This document shows, one piece after another, positions 41,430 to 50,979 of a DNA stretch of 64,000 bases. How positions within the stretch are numbered: the stretch's first letter is position 1; each line of letters starts with the position of its first letter. This stretch comes from a candidate division WOR-3 bacterium (lineage in GTDB: Bacteria; Hydrothermota; Tepidihabitantia; Tepidihabitantales; Tepidihabitantaceae). The DNA lies in assembly GCA_965648905.1 (NCBI GenBank), contig CBFGIT010000017.1, forward strand, positions 1 to 64,000, written 5' to 3'. The notes beneath the pieces were generated by a model, which saw only the letters and a program-made list of their open reading frames with translations, did not search any database and was not told the DNA's origin. The translations under genes were made by a program, and so were the position numbers.

Positions 41430-41984
41430 TCAGCGCCGGTGATACGTGCCGAAGAGCCGGCCGGTGCCGAGCACGTGACCCTGCATCATCTGGTCGAGTC
41501 TGCGGGCGGTTACGCCCGATTCGACCGGCAGCATGGTGTCAAGAGCGTAGATTGTGAAGTAATAGCGATGGGGCTTGCCGGGCGGCGGCATCGGCCCCAT
41601 GTAGCCGGTAACACCATTGCTGTTTTCGCCCTCTACTGCGCCGTTCGGCAGTTGCCGGTCCGTGCCTATCCCGCTGCCCAGGGCGCGGACTGAGTCCGGG
41701 ATGTTGTAGACGACCCAATGAATGAACGTTCCGGACGGCGCATCTGGGTCGCGGCAAACCAGGGCGAAGCTGCGCGTGCCAGCGGGTACTCCTTCCCAGG
41801 CGAGTGCGGGTGAGTTGTCGCCACCTTCGCCACTTGTGGTTCTGGGCATGGGCTGGCCATCAGCAAATGCCGAACTCGTCAGGGTCATGGCCGTCCGGGC
41901 GCGGGGCGCGGGTGATTCTGGCCGGGGCGCGGCACAGTTCAGAACGAACGGGCAGAGCAGAGCGAACGTAAGAAGTGGTTTCAT
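41430..41984 (-). CDS. YbhB/YbcL (PEBP, Raf kinase inhibitor-like) lipoprotein
   Basis: SPALAW, DPDAP, FIHWVVYNIP, YMGPMPPPG.PHRY. Confidence 0.92.
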   Translation of the reverse strand: MKPLLTFALLCPFVLNCAAPRPESPAPRARTAMTLTSSAFADGQPMPRTTSGEGGDNSPALAWEGVPAGTRSFALVCRDPDAPSGTFIHWVVYNIPDSVRALGSGIGTDRQLPNGAVEGENSNGVTGYMGPMPPPGKPHRYYFTIYALDTMLPVESGVTARRLDQMMQGHVLGTGRLFGTYHRR

Positions 41985-42222
41985 TGACTTACCTCCGAGG
42001 TCGGCTAAGCCTACGCTTCGCGGTTCGGCTTGTCAAACCGCGACAAGATGCCAAGGTATGCTTTGACTCTGCAGACTGGTCCCATCGCGGCAGGCCTCAG
42101 TCAGCTCTGTCCTCCGGTCGCACTGAGCGACTGGCAGGGCAGGGAGCGTGTTCACGCTCCCTGCCTTCGCCATTCTCGGTATCAGGTCTCTGCTCTCAGC
42201 CTGGTCTGGTCTTGTCAGAGTC

Positions 42223-43254
42223 TCACGGGTCGACCTCGATGAAGATGAGCTGCGTGTTCGGGCCGTCCAGCATCAGGACTGCGACCAGGCCGCCTGGACC
42301 TGGGCGGAATCCGTCGCCATTGGCGATGGCGTCGTCTGCCATGGTTCCGGCGATACCGCCTGGGCGATTCTGCTCACCAAGCAGATACCACATTGCGTTC
42401 TGGAAGTCACTCCAAGTTGCGGTTGGGTAGTTGCCGCGGTGGTTCAGCAGCCAGTTGACCCGGTCCCATTCACCGTTCTTGTACAGCCGAGGAATGAGAT
42501 TGAGGTTCGGGTTCTGGCTCGAGTAAAGCACTACTGAGTACCAAGTGTTCTGGCTGATGTAGACGTTCTTCTCGGCACACCAGCCGACCCAATAGGCAGA
42601 ATCCCAGACGTCAAATCCCGTGCCGACACCGCTGAGCTCAATGCGCCAGTAAGCACGCTCGGCGGCAAACGGATGCCATCCCCGCATTCTGACCGGGTAG
42701 TCTGGCAGGTCAACGTCCTTGTAGCATTCCTGAATCACGTAGCGGAAGCACCCCTTCCACACGTCGCCCCAGCCTGTTTCTTCCTGAATGACATTACCGT
42801 TGCCGTCAAGACGCACAACAACCGCGTGCGCCGCGATGGCGATCGTATCGCCAGGTTCCCAGTCGCCGAGTGGAATGGTGAACTCCTGCCCAGATGCCGG
42901 CGGGCTGAAGGTCATCGAGTAGGGGAACTGCCCCGGGACCAGATGTCCCTTCTTGTTGCGCGGTAGCTGCGTGCAGTTGTTCGCCACGGCTAGGTGCATC
43001 TCGGTGAACTTCCAATCACCCGAGCTCTGGTACTTTACGTACAGGTAATCGGTGCAGTTGATGACCGTAACCGTGCCGGCATTGATGTGTTGGCCAGCCC
43101 AGATGGTAACTACCTTGGGTTGGCCACACACCGGGTGGCTGGCGGTTTGAACCAGTCCTTCTTCTGCGAGCGGGTTCATTGCTTTGTCGCAGCCCGTGGT
43201 CACCAGACCGACGATGGCAATGAACAGCATAGTGCCCAGCCACATTCTCTTCAT
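42223..43254 (-). CDS. Lipoprotein with putative Cys-Gln thioester (TED/TQXA-like) domain
   Basis: Lipobox VTTG-C22; GWCAEK and DFQNAMWY motifs in the C-terminal half. Confidence 0.55.
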   Translation of the reverse strand: MKRMWLGTMLFIAIVGLVTTGCDKAMNPLAEEGLVQTASHPVCGQPKVVTIWAGQHINAGTVTVINCTDYLYVKYQSSGDWKFTEMHLAVANNCTQLPRNKKGHLVPGQFPYSMTFSPPASGQEFTIPLGDWEPGDTIAIAAHAVVVRLDGNGNVIQEETGWGDVWKGCFRYVIQECYKDVDLPDYPVRMRGWHPFAAERAYWRIELSGVGTGFDVWDSAYWVGWCAEKNVYISQNTWYSVVLYSSQNPNLNLIPRLYKNGEWDRVNWLLNHRGNYPTATWSDFQNAMWYLLGEQNRPGGIAGTMADDAIANGDGFRPGPGGLVAVLMLDGPNTQLIFIEVDP

Positions 43255-43486
43255 GTCTTGCCTCCTTCTTTAGGCTTATATGGCTTATCGACGAAGGATT
43301 CAGCAGATGCCGAATCCAGACGTCGGTTCTTTGACTTTCCGGCCTCTGGGCAGTGGCCGGTTCGTTTCTTACTGTGTAGTGAAGTGCGCCGTGCCCCCCG
43401 GTCTCCATCTTCCCGCAGCGGGGAAGCGAGACATGCAGGCGTGTTCCAGACTGGGAGTAACCCAAGTCCTCTCAACGACTGTGATA

Positions 43487-43514
43487 ATTATACCATTGAA
43501 GCTGGGTGAGTCAA
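43487..43514 (-). promoter_or_regulatory. sigma70 promoter of the lipoprotein gene
   Basis: TTGACT-N16-TATAAT on the minus strand. Confidence 0.7.
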
Positions 43515-43520
43515 ACCAGG

Positions 43521-44905
43521 TGTCGTTCCAACTCCGGAACCGCAACTTTCTTTCCAACTTCAAGACCGCAACTTTGCGGGCAGACTTACTCCAGCAACCA
43601 CTGGAGGACAACGTGCTCTGCAACATCAAACCGGAGGATAGATTGCTCAAGCTGACCCAGGTCTTCTCACTGGTCGATGCCGGTAGTCTCAGCCTCAAAG
43701 AGGCTGCCGCAACCACCGGCTACTCCTACTGCCATCTCACCAGACTCTACAAGAAGGCTCTGGCCGTGGGCATCGACCAGCTGTATCCGCCTCGGCCAGC
43801 ACCGAAACCACGCAAGGTCTCCGACCAGGACATCGCCCAGCTCAAGCACCAGTACAAGAAACTCGGCCACCCACCACTCTCCCTGCTCCACCACTTCATG
43901 CACCAGGACTACCCGTCCTTTCCCCAGGTCTCAGAGGAGTGGCTACGCCGACTGCTCATCCGCGCTGCGGTCTACTCACCAGGCAAGCGCAGCCAGACCT
44001 TCCGCCGTCGCTTCGAGGCACCGGCACCAGGCGTGCTGGTCCAAGGCGACTCGACACCATACCAGTGGATTCCCGGTGACAGCACCTACTACCAGCTCAT
44101 CGCCTTTCTGGACGACTGCACCCGGGTCTGTCTCGGCGCGGCGATTGTCGAGCACGACTCGGTGGCCGAGCATTTCCGCCTGCTGAAGCGTATCGTCCGA
44201 CGCTGGGGCCGGTTTGTCGCCCTCTACTACGACAACGACGAGAAGTACCGCTACATCAGACACCGCCAGTCACGCCATTACACCTACCATACCGACGACG
44301 CCGACCTGCAGGTAGTGCGGGCACTGACCGAGCTGGGCATAGCGCTCATCAACAGCCAGCCTTTCGACCCGTGCGGCAAAGGTAAGATCGAGCGGTTTCT
44401 CGGGACCGTCCAGGTCCAGCTTCCGGTCTGGTTCCGACGCTACAGGGTAGCAGACCTTGCCGGCGCCGCGCCCGTGCTCGGGCGGTATCTCGGGTACTAC
44501 AACGGGGTGCGGATACACCGGGAGCTCGGCTGCCCGCCGTTGGCAAAACTGAAGCTGCTGGCCAGGCAGAGCCGGTTCACCAGACCGGGCCCTGACATCG
44601 ACCTCGAGCGGGTCTTTGCGCACCGCTACTGGCGCAAGGTGGACCGTGCCAACACGGTCCGGTACGACGGGGTTGAGTATCAGTTAGAGCCGGACCGGTG
44701 CGGTCGCAGCTACTGTGGCCAGACCGTGGAAATCCGGCGCCCGGCGGGCAAACCCATCGACATCTATGTCGACGGCAAGAAGATGCGCTACCGCAAGTTG
44801 TTGACAATGGCCGTCAACAGGGCATCATGTCACATCTAACCGCGCTGATGGGAAGTTGCGATTTCGAAGTTGGAAAAACAGTTGCGATTGCCAGTTGGGC
44901 CGACA
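43521..44905 (+). mobile_element. Complete 1385-bp IS, IS481/IS1202-like
   Basis: TGTCG...CGACA ends, two CCAACT-N7-CGCAACT subterminal repeats at each end, 6-bp duplication ACCAGG at 43515-43520 and 44906-44911. Confidence 0.9.
43613..44839 (+). CDS. Integrase-core DDE transposase, 408 aa
   Basis: GGAGG + GTG; HTH, RRRFEAPAPGVLVQGD, FLDDCTR, YYDND, KGKIERF. Confidence 0.9.
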   Translation: MLCNIKPEDRLLKLTQVFSLVDAGSLSLKEAAATTGYSYCHLTRLYKKALAVGIDQLYPPRPAPKPRKVSDQDIAQLKHQYKKLGHPPLSLLHHFMHQDYPSFPQVSEEWLRRLLIRAAVYSPGKRSQTFRRRFEAPAPGVLVQGDSTPYQWIPGDSTYYQLIAFLDDCTRVCLGAAIVEHDSVAEHFRLLKRIVRRWGRFVALYYDNDEKYRYIRHRQSRHYTYHTDDADLQVVRALTELGIALINSQPFDPCGKGKIERFLGTVQVQLPVWFRRYRVADLAGAAPVLGRYLGYYNGVRIHRELGCPPLAKLKLLARQSRFTRPGPDIDLERVFAHRYWRKVDRANTVRYDGVEYQLEPDRCGRSYCGQTVEIRRPAGKPIDIYVDGKKMRYRKLLTMAVNRASCHI

Positions 44906-44965
44906 ACCAGGCGGGCCGGTGGCAGACCGGTGAACTTGCCGGCGTTCGGTTGTCAGGTCACCGCG

Positions 44966-44997
44966 AAAAGCGAAACCGCCCCGAGGGGCGGTTTCGC
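44966..44997 (-). terminator. Intrinsic terminator of 45013..47133
   Basis: GCGAAACCGCCC stem (12 bp) followed by TTTT on the minus strand. Confidence 0.75.
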
Positions 44998-45012
44998 AAC
45001 GGCGTTGACGGA

Positions 45013-47133
45013 CTATTCGAGCACGACGGCTTTGGCCGAGACCGACTTGCCGTCGACGGTGAGGCGGTAGAAGTAGGTGCCACTGGCAACGCGGCTGCCT
45101 GAGTCGGACGCGCGGTCCCAGGTGAGGTTACGCACACCCGGTTCGAACGTGCCGCTTTCCAGGGTCTTGACCAGCTTGCCGGTGACGTCGTAGACGCCGA
45201 GGCTGACATCCGAGCGGCGGCCGAGGTAGTAACTGATGCCGGCCGAGTTCCGCACCGGGTTGGAGACGCGGTAGAGCGCATAGGGTACGCTCGCCACTTT
45301 GCCTTCCTCGACGCCGGTACTCGGGTCAAACCACATGATGCCGTAGTAGGCCGGGTTGGGCCACTGCGCCATCTGCAGGGTTTGAGGCCACCAGCCGATG
45401 AACTGGCTGCCGCCGCCGACCGCGGTGTACTGGAAGTACTTGACCGTGTCGCCCGGGTCAATCGTGTAGTCGCCCTTACGGGTGCCGAACGGGATCTTGG
45501 CCTCGAACTGCAGGTGTCCGCTCGTGGTCGAGCTGGCGCTGACGCAGCCCGGGCACTGACCCGGCATACGCCAGACCGCCGGTGCCGTGCTCAGCAGGGC
45601 GCGGTAGACAAGCGAGTCAGAGCCGACGTATTCGACCCAGTGGTTGCCTTCGCTTGAGTCGGTGGACCAGGTTCCGCTCCGGTCCTCGTCCATGTATGGC
45701 CCGAACTGGTCGTAGTTTGTGCGGCCGGTGTAGTTCGGGCAGTCCATCGCGTAGTACATGAAGTTGTCGTCGTACATATAGTAGGCGAAGTTGCTGCCGG
45801 CCGGATAGGGCGTGCCGCCGCGACCGGCAAGGTCGCTGATGTCGTACCAGATGGAAGCGGCCCATTCGCCCGGCTGAATGACGCCGTCAATCGTCGGCGC
45901 ATACACCGGGATGCGCTTGACAACGATGGTGTCAGAGAACACTGCGCCTGAGATGGTCGTGCGCGAGGTCGCCGTGTCGTTGGCCCGGTTCTCGTCGCCG
46001 GCCAGAGCCGTGAAGAACGTGACGTTGTAGACGTTGCCTGCCGGTCCTGAGTTCCACGCTGCCGGCATCACAACCGAGTCGGTCGCACCAGGGGCGAGCG
46101 GGCCGGCGTAGGTCGTGGTCTGGTTGTAGACGCGCGTGCCGGCCGAGTCAATCCAGCAGGTAACCGGGAAGTTGCCTTCCGGGTTCGAGCCGCGGTTGCG
46201 AACCATCGCCTTGGGCACAACCGAGCCCTGGTTCATGGTCGAGGGCGGGCGCACAATCTCCGACAAGGCGACGTCATGGGCAACTCCGCCGCCGGTAATC
46301 ATCCGGAAACACCAGATTCGGTCTGGGTCGGCCTGTTCGAGCGCGAGCATGAACGTGTCGCCGTGCCACATCTCGATGCCACCGCCGAGGTCCCAGCCGG
46401 CCGGGTTGAAGCTGTCGGGCACCGCGTAGCCCGGGTAGGTCATCTTCCAGAACGGGCTTGCACCGGCGCTGCCGGCCATCGTCACCCAGAAGCAACTATT
46501 GGTCGCATCCCAGGCAAGACCGTAGGCCGAGCTCATCTGGGCCGCAGCCCGCACCTGGTGGCCGTTGGTCCCAGTGATTGAGAACTTGGTCATCGGCGAG
46601 GTCGTGAAGTTGCAGGTCCAGCAGGAGTCCTCGACCGGGTGGTAGCCGAAGCCGCGCACCGTGCCGGTGTAACCGGTCACGGTGTAGGTCCCGTTGGGCA
46701 CCAGCGTCGTGGCGTTGTAGACGTGAAAGCGCTGAGCGTCAAAGCCAGCGAAGACTTCGTCGGTCGCCTCTTTGTAGGCCATGTCGCGGATGCCCCAGCC
46801 TGACGGGCCGCCGGTCTGGGCAAAGCTATCAATCAGGGGCCGGGTCGGGTCGATGATGTTGATGCGATAGATCTTCAACTGCGTGCCGCACGACACCCAC
46901 ATCATGGTGTCCTGGACGTCGGTAACGCCGACGCAGTAGACGCTGTACGTTACCGGCCGGGTCCAGACGGTCTCAGGCGGGTCCATCAAGGTCGAGAAAG
47001 CTCCGTAGGGAGCTCTCGCCGGTGCTGCCGGGTCACGGTCGGTCGTACGGTCGACCATGCCCGGAGTGTTCGCCGGGCCCGCAGCGAACGCCAACCCTGC
47101 GATCAGGGTCAGCAGTACTACGGCTGTCTTCAC
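45013..47133 (-). CDS. Exported multidomain protein (propeller + CARDB-like + CBM9/DOMON-like) with FlgD/T9SS-like tail
   Basis: Signal peptide, HDVAL..VRNRG..DENRANDT, APTIDGVIQPGEW, VYDVTGKLVKTL...SGTYFYRL. Confidence 0.75.
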   Translation of the reverse strand: MKTAVVLLTLIAGLAFAAGPANTPGMVDRTTDRDPAAPARAPYGAFSTLMDPPETVWTRPVTYSVYCVGVTDVQDTMMWVSCGTQLKIYRINIIDPTRPLIDSFAQTGGPSGWGIRDMAYKEATDEVFAGFDAQRFHVYNATTLVPNGTYTVTGYTGTVRGFGYHPVEDSCWTCNFTTSPMTKFSITGTNGHQVRAAAQMSSAYGLAWDATNSCFWVTMAGSAGASPFWKMTYPGYAVPDSFNPAGWDLGGGIEMWHGDTFMLALEQADPDRIWCFRMITGGGVAHDVALSEIVRPPSTMNQGSVVPKAMVRNRGSNPEGNFPVTCWIDSAGTRVYNQTTTYAGPLAPGATDSVVMPAAWNSGPAGNVYNVTFFTALAGDENRANDTATSRTTISGAVFSDTIVVKRIPVYAPTIDGVIQPGEWAASIWYDISDLAGRGGTPYPAGSNFAYYMYDDNFMYYAMDCPNYTGRTNYDQFGPYMDEDRSGTWSTDSSEGNHWVEYVGSDSLVYRALLSTAPAVWRMPGQCPGCVSASSTTSGHLQFEAKIPFGTRKGDYTIDPGDTVKYFQYTAVGGGSQFIGWWPQTLQMAQWPNPAYYGIMWFDPSTGVEEGKVASVPYALYRVSNPVRNSAGISYYLGRRSDVSLGVYDVTGKLVKTLESGTFEPGVRNLTWDRASDSGSRVASGTYFYRLTVDGKSVSAKAVVLE

Positions 47134-47236
47134 TCGTTCCTCCTTAGGTTAAGACTACGTAGTCGCCATTGCCTCTAACTGCCCGTGCCGTGCTCAGACA
47201 GACAAGAGCCGGGGCGCGGGCGCTTTGCGGCCCGAT

Positions 47237-47331
47237 AGTCTACGTAGCCCCGGGCCGAAGTCAAGCGGCGATTTCCACCTTTCGGCGGTGCGCGGGCGCG
47301 TGCTTGACAGTTGGGCCGGTGTCGCTAGAAT
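47237..47331. promoter_or_regulatory. Divergent sigma70 promoters
   Basis: Minus strand TTGACT-N16-TAGACT (47264-47237); plus strand TTGACA-N16-TAGAAT (47304-47331). Confidence 0.65.
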
Positions 47332-47362
47332 CCCGAGTGAACCATGACAATCAGGAGGACTG

Positions 47363-47557
47363 ATGCCGCTACCTAAACGACGGCACTCCCGTCAGCGCGG
47401 GCGCAAGCGCCGGACTCACTGGAAGCTGACCGCGCCGACCGTGCTCGACTGCCCGCATTGCCACGAGCCCAAGCTTCCCCATCGCGTCTGCCCGCACTGC
47501 GGGTACTACGCGGGCCGGGAAGTCATCTTCATCGAGAAGGAGAAGGAGAAGCACTAG
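47363..47557 (+). CDS. rpmF: 50S ribosomal protein L32
   Basis: MPLPKRRHS, CPHC...HRVCPHCGYY; precedes plsX. Confidence 0.97.
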   Translation: MPLPKRRHSRQRGRKRRTHWKLTAPTVLDCPHCHEPKLPHRVCPHCGYYAGREVIFIEKEKEKH

Positions 47558-47607
47558 CTTCTCCCGGTCCTTGCTTTCCCGGTCTTGAATCACCGGACGT
47601 CATCGCG

Positions 47608-48600
47608 ATGAGAATCGCGCTCGATGCGATGGGTTCGGACAGCGCTCCCCAGGCTGAGCTTGAGGGCGTTGCGCTGACCCTTCGGGAGTTTCCCGAGCTT
47701 GAGGTTGTGCTTGTCGGTAAGCCCGAGATTATCAGTTCGCTCAGCAAGCAACGGCCCGAGCGCCTTGAACTGGTGCCGGCGACCGAGGCGGTGGGCATGC
47801 ACGAGTCGCCGGGCGAAGTGGTGAAGCGCAAGCGCGATTCGTCGATCGCGGTCTGCATGAATCTGCTCAAGGAGGGCAAGGTTAGCGGTGTGGTCAGCGC
47901 CGGCAACACCGGTGCGGTGATGGCTTTCGCCCTGACAACCTTGGGTGCGATTCCGGGCGTATACCGGCCCACGCTCGCAGTTCTCTTTCCGACTCTTAAG
48001 GGCAGTACGCTTGTGCTCGACGTCGGCGCGAACGTGGACTGCAAGCCGCTCCAGCTCTTTCAGTTCGGGGTCATCGGTAGCACTGCCGCCAGCTACCTGT
48101 TCCGCAAGGCGAACCCGACGGTCGGCCTGCTCAATATCGGCCGCGAGGACACCAAGGGCAATGAGGCAGCATTGGCGGCGTACCGGATGCTCAAAGAGAG
48201 CGAGCTGAATTTCGTCGGCAACGTTGAGGGCAACGCGGTCCTGGACGGCTCGGTTGATGTTGTGGTCTGTGACGGGTTCGTCGGCAACGTCGTGCTGAAG
48301 TACGGTGAGGAACTCGGCGAAGTTCTGTCCCGGCTGCTGGTCGAGTATCTTGACTCGGAGTCGAAGTACCGCTTACGCCGCTGGCTTTCCAAACCGGTGC
48401 TGCACGAGTTCATTGACCGGATGGACTACGAAGAGCACGGCGGTGCGTTGATGCTGGGTGTGAACGGTACGGTCGTTGCTGCGCATGGCCGGTCGAGCCC
48501 GCGGGCAATCATGAACGCGCTGCGGTCGGCCATGCAGTCGGCTGACGGGCGTCTGGCCGAGCACATCAGAAACCGGTTTGCCCAGCTTCCCCAGGCTTGA
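47608..48600 (+). CDS. plsX: Phosphate acyltransferase PlsX
   Basis: MRIALDAMGSD, SAGNTGA, LDVGAN, CDGFVGN, HGRS. Confidence 0.96.
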   Translation: MRIALDAMGSDSAPQAELEGVALTLREFPELEVVLVGKPEIISSLSKQRPERLELVPATEAVGMHESPGEVVKRKRDSSIAVCMNLLKEGKVSGVVSAGNTGAVMAFALTTLGAIPGVYRPTLAVLFPTLKGSTLVLDVGANVDCKPLQLFQFGVIGSTAASYLFRKANPTVGLLNIGREDTKGNEAALAAYRMLKESELNFVGNVEGNAVLDGSVDVVVCDGFVGNVVLKYGEELGEVLSRLLVEYLDSESKYRLRRWLSKPVLHEFIDRMDYEEHGGALMLGVNGTVVAAHGRSSPRAIMNALRSAMQSADGRLAEHIRNRFAQLPQA

Positions 48601-49730
48601 TGAAGCGTCTGAGCTGGCTTGTCGCACTCGTGGTTGTTGGCTGCAGCACGTCGCCGGTCGGGTTTGGCGGCCTGCAGAATCGGGTACCAGCTGCCCGGCT
48701 CGATTCGCTGCGCGCCGACAGCATGGCCGGGTTTGCCCGGCTGGTGCCGCTCAGCTCAGGCCAGCAGATGTACGTTGGCGAGGACAGTCTGTATCGGTCC
48801 CGCGCACTGTGCCGGTTTGCGCTGCCGGATACGCTCACGCTGTCCGCGCTTGAGGCGGTTCGGCTCGTGCTGCATCCGGTAGATACCATGACCCGGTTCG
48901 GATTTGTCTGCCGGCCCTGCTCGACCGAGTGGGATTCGAGCGCCGCGACCTGGCACATGGCCGACGACGGAAACCACTGGTACATTCCGGGCGGTGATAT
49001 CTGGCCGGTGGACGTTGCCACAGGAATCCTTCAGGGCGAGAGTGTGGTCGTTGACCTGCGCTACCGTGACTTGGACGAATCGGTGCGCGAGGCGGTTCGT
49101 CTGAACGGGGTCTTCATTCTGCCTCAGACCGACACCGGTATCGTCGCGGTCTGGTCAGTTGGAGCGACCGCGGCCCGGAAGCCCCGGGTCCGAGTCACCT
49201 ATTCGGGCGGCGCGGAGAAGGCATTCGACGCCGCGGTCACGACGACGCTCACCGACACCATGCCGCGTACGGTCAACCCGTTTGAGCTTCAGGTTGGTGC
49301 CGGGGTTGCTTTTCGGACCTGGCTTCGGTTCCGGCTCGACTCAATTCCCCGCGAAGCCACAATCGCCCGGGCGGAGTTGTCTTTGCGGCTGGAGCCGAGC
49401 TACCTGCGCCAGGAGTCGGTTGCTCTGTCGGTACGCCGACTGACCGAGTCGTTCGGGGCAAAGGGCGTCCACGCCCAGTTTGAGGCGCTGCCCTCAGCGA
49501 GTCGCTACTACCGGCCCGGTGATACTCTGGTCAGTTTCGACGTCCGAACGCTGATTCAATACTGGACCAGCCAGCGCGACGCGCTCGGACAGGACACAGG
49601 CAACTTCGGTCTGCTGGTCATGGCCGAGCCGGAATGGGCCCGGCCGTTTCGCGTCCGGGTGGTCCGCTCCGGCGCGCGCGCGCCCAAACTGGACGTGGAG
49701 TTCGTGATGCCGCCCGAAGGACGCTTCTAG
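48600..49730 (+). CDS. Lipoprotein with DNRLRE-like beta-sandwich domains
   Basis: Lipobox VVGC; LRFRLDSIPREATIARAELSL, FDVRTLIQYW...NFGLLV. Confidence 0.6.
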   Translation: MKRLSWLVALVVVGCSTSPVGFGGLQNRVPAARLDSLRADSMAGFARLVPLSSGQQMYVGEDSLYRSRALCRFALPDTLTLSALEAVRLVLHPVDTMTRFGFVCRPCSTEWDSSAATWHMADDGNHWYIPGGDIWPVDVATGILQGESVVVDLRYRDLDESVREAVRLNGVFILPQTDTGIVAVWSVGATAARKPRVRVTYSGGAEKAFDAAVTTTLTDTMPRTVNPFELQVGAGVAFRTWLRFRLDSIPREATIARAELSLRLEPSYLRQESVALSVRRLTESFGAKGVHAQFEALPSASRYYRPGDTLVSFDVRTLIQYWTSQRDALGQDTGNFGLLVMAEPEWARPFRVRVVRSGARAPKLDVEFVMPPEGRF

Positions 49731-50875
49731 TGCGCGTTCCGGTACTGCTACTCGTCTTGACGGTCGGATTCGTTACCGGGCAGTCTTTTTTCAACATGGG
49801 CGGTCTGGGTGAGGCGGTCTTGTCGGGCGACGCACGGTCTGCCGGGCTGGGCTCGACGGTTGCCTTGTCGGTCGCTAATCCGGGGATGCTGGTTGACCTG
49901 CAGAAGACCCTGGTAAGCGTGTCTGGTCTGGGCAGCGCGGTGCTGGGAACCGAGTCCGGTGTAGTCGGTCGGGCAGTGGGCAGGATGCGTCCGGCGTCGC
50001 TCTTTGCCGCGGCCCCGTTGCCGCTGCGGGCCCGGTTGCTCGTCGGCGTTGACAGCCGTTTCAATCAGGACTTTGATGTCTGGTCTGAATCGCTGGCCGG
50101 TAGCGATTACCGGCGTCATGTGGTCGGGCGCGGCGGAATCCACGACTTGAGAGCAGGACTGGCTCTGAGTGGTCTGGGTCGGGTCGGGGCCGGCCTTGCC
50201 ATCAGTCGCGTGCTCGGTGGTTCGCGTGAGCACTGGCAGTTTGTCAGTGGTGCCGGAACCTATGTCGCGACCGACACGGTTGAAGTTGACTACTCCGGGA
50301 CGACAATGACGCTCGGCGCGTCGGTCCAGTTCCCACGTTTCAACCTGGCAGCGATGTACGAACCTGAACTGACGCTTGATGCCCGGCGGGTGCTGCGGGT
50401 CCATGGCGTGGTCGGTGATTCGGTCCGGGAGTATCGCATCGTCCTGCCGCACGCGGTTGGGCTCGGAGCCGGCCTGGCGCTCGCCCGCCTGGACCTGACT
50501 GCCGGACTGGAGATGAGACCCTGGGGTGGAACCACAATTGCTGGACGCCCGGCGTTCTACCGCGACGTCACCCGGCTGTCGGCCGGGGTCGAGTACGAAC
50601 TTGCCGTCGGCTACCCACTGCGGCTGGGTTACTCACATCAGAACTGGTACTTCGACCGAAACCGACCAGAGCCTGAACTCGAGACCGAGCCGATTGCCGA
50701 GCACGGTTTTCATCTCGGCACAAGCATTCCGGTCCCGAAGTTCGGCTCGGTTGACCTGGGCGGGGTGCTGTTCTTCCGTCGGGCCGTGGACCTGAACGAG
50801 CTGGCCGGCCAGTTGACACTGACTCTGGCCTACGGCGAGACCTGGGTCAAGCGGACCCGCCGCTGGGGCTACTAA
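49730..50875 (+). CDS. Outer-membrane beta-barrel protein (FadL/OmpP1/PorV-like)
   Basis: Signal peptide, GLGE..ARSAGLG..ANPG plug motif, alternating strands. Confidence 0.6.
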   Translation: MRVPVLLLVLTVGFVTGQSFFNMGGLGEAVLSGDARSAGLGSTVALSVANPGMLVDLQKTLVSVSGLGSAVLGTESGVVGRAVGRMRPASLFAAAPLPLRARLLVGVDSRFNQDFDVWSESLAGSDYRRHVVGRGGIHDLRAGLALSGLGRVGAGLAISRVLGGSREHWQFVSGAGTYVATDTVEVDYSGTTMTLGASVQFPRFNLAAMYEPELTLDARRVLRVHGVVGDSVREYRIVLPHAVGLGAGLALARLDLTAGLEMRPWGGTTIAGRPAFYRDVTRLSAGVEYELAVGYPLRLGYSHQNWYFDRNRPEPELETEPIAEHGFHLGTSIPVPKFGSVDLGGVLFFRRAVDLNELAGQLTLTLAYGETWVKRTRRWGY

Positions 50876-50979
50876 GCTGCCGGGCGAATCGCTTTTCTTG
50901 CGCTCAGGATTACCATTGAGTAGAATATAGCAGTTGGAATGTCCCGGTCCCAAAGCACCGGGTTCTGTCAGGAGGGAAC

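Noticed and set aside
43280..43612. N-terminal extension of the 519-aa transposase ORF
   Set aside because: It begins outside the element boundary (43521); the GGAGG + GTG start is at 43613.
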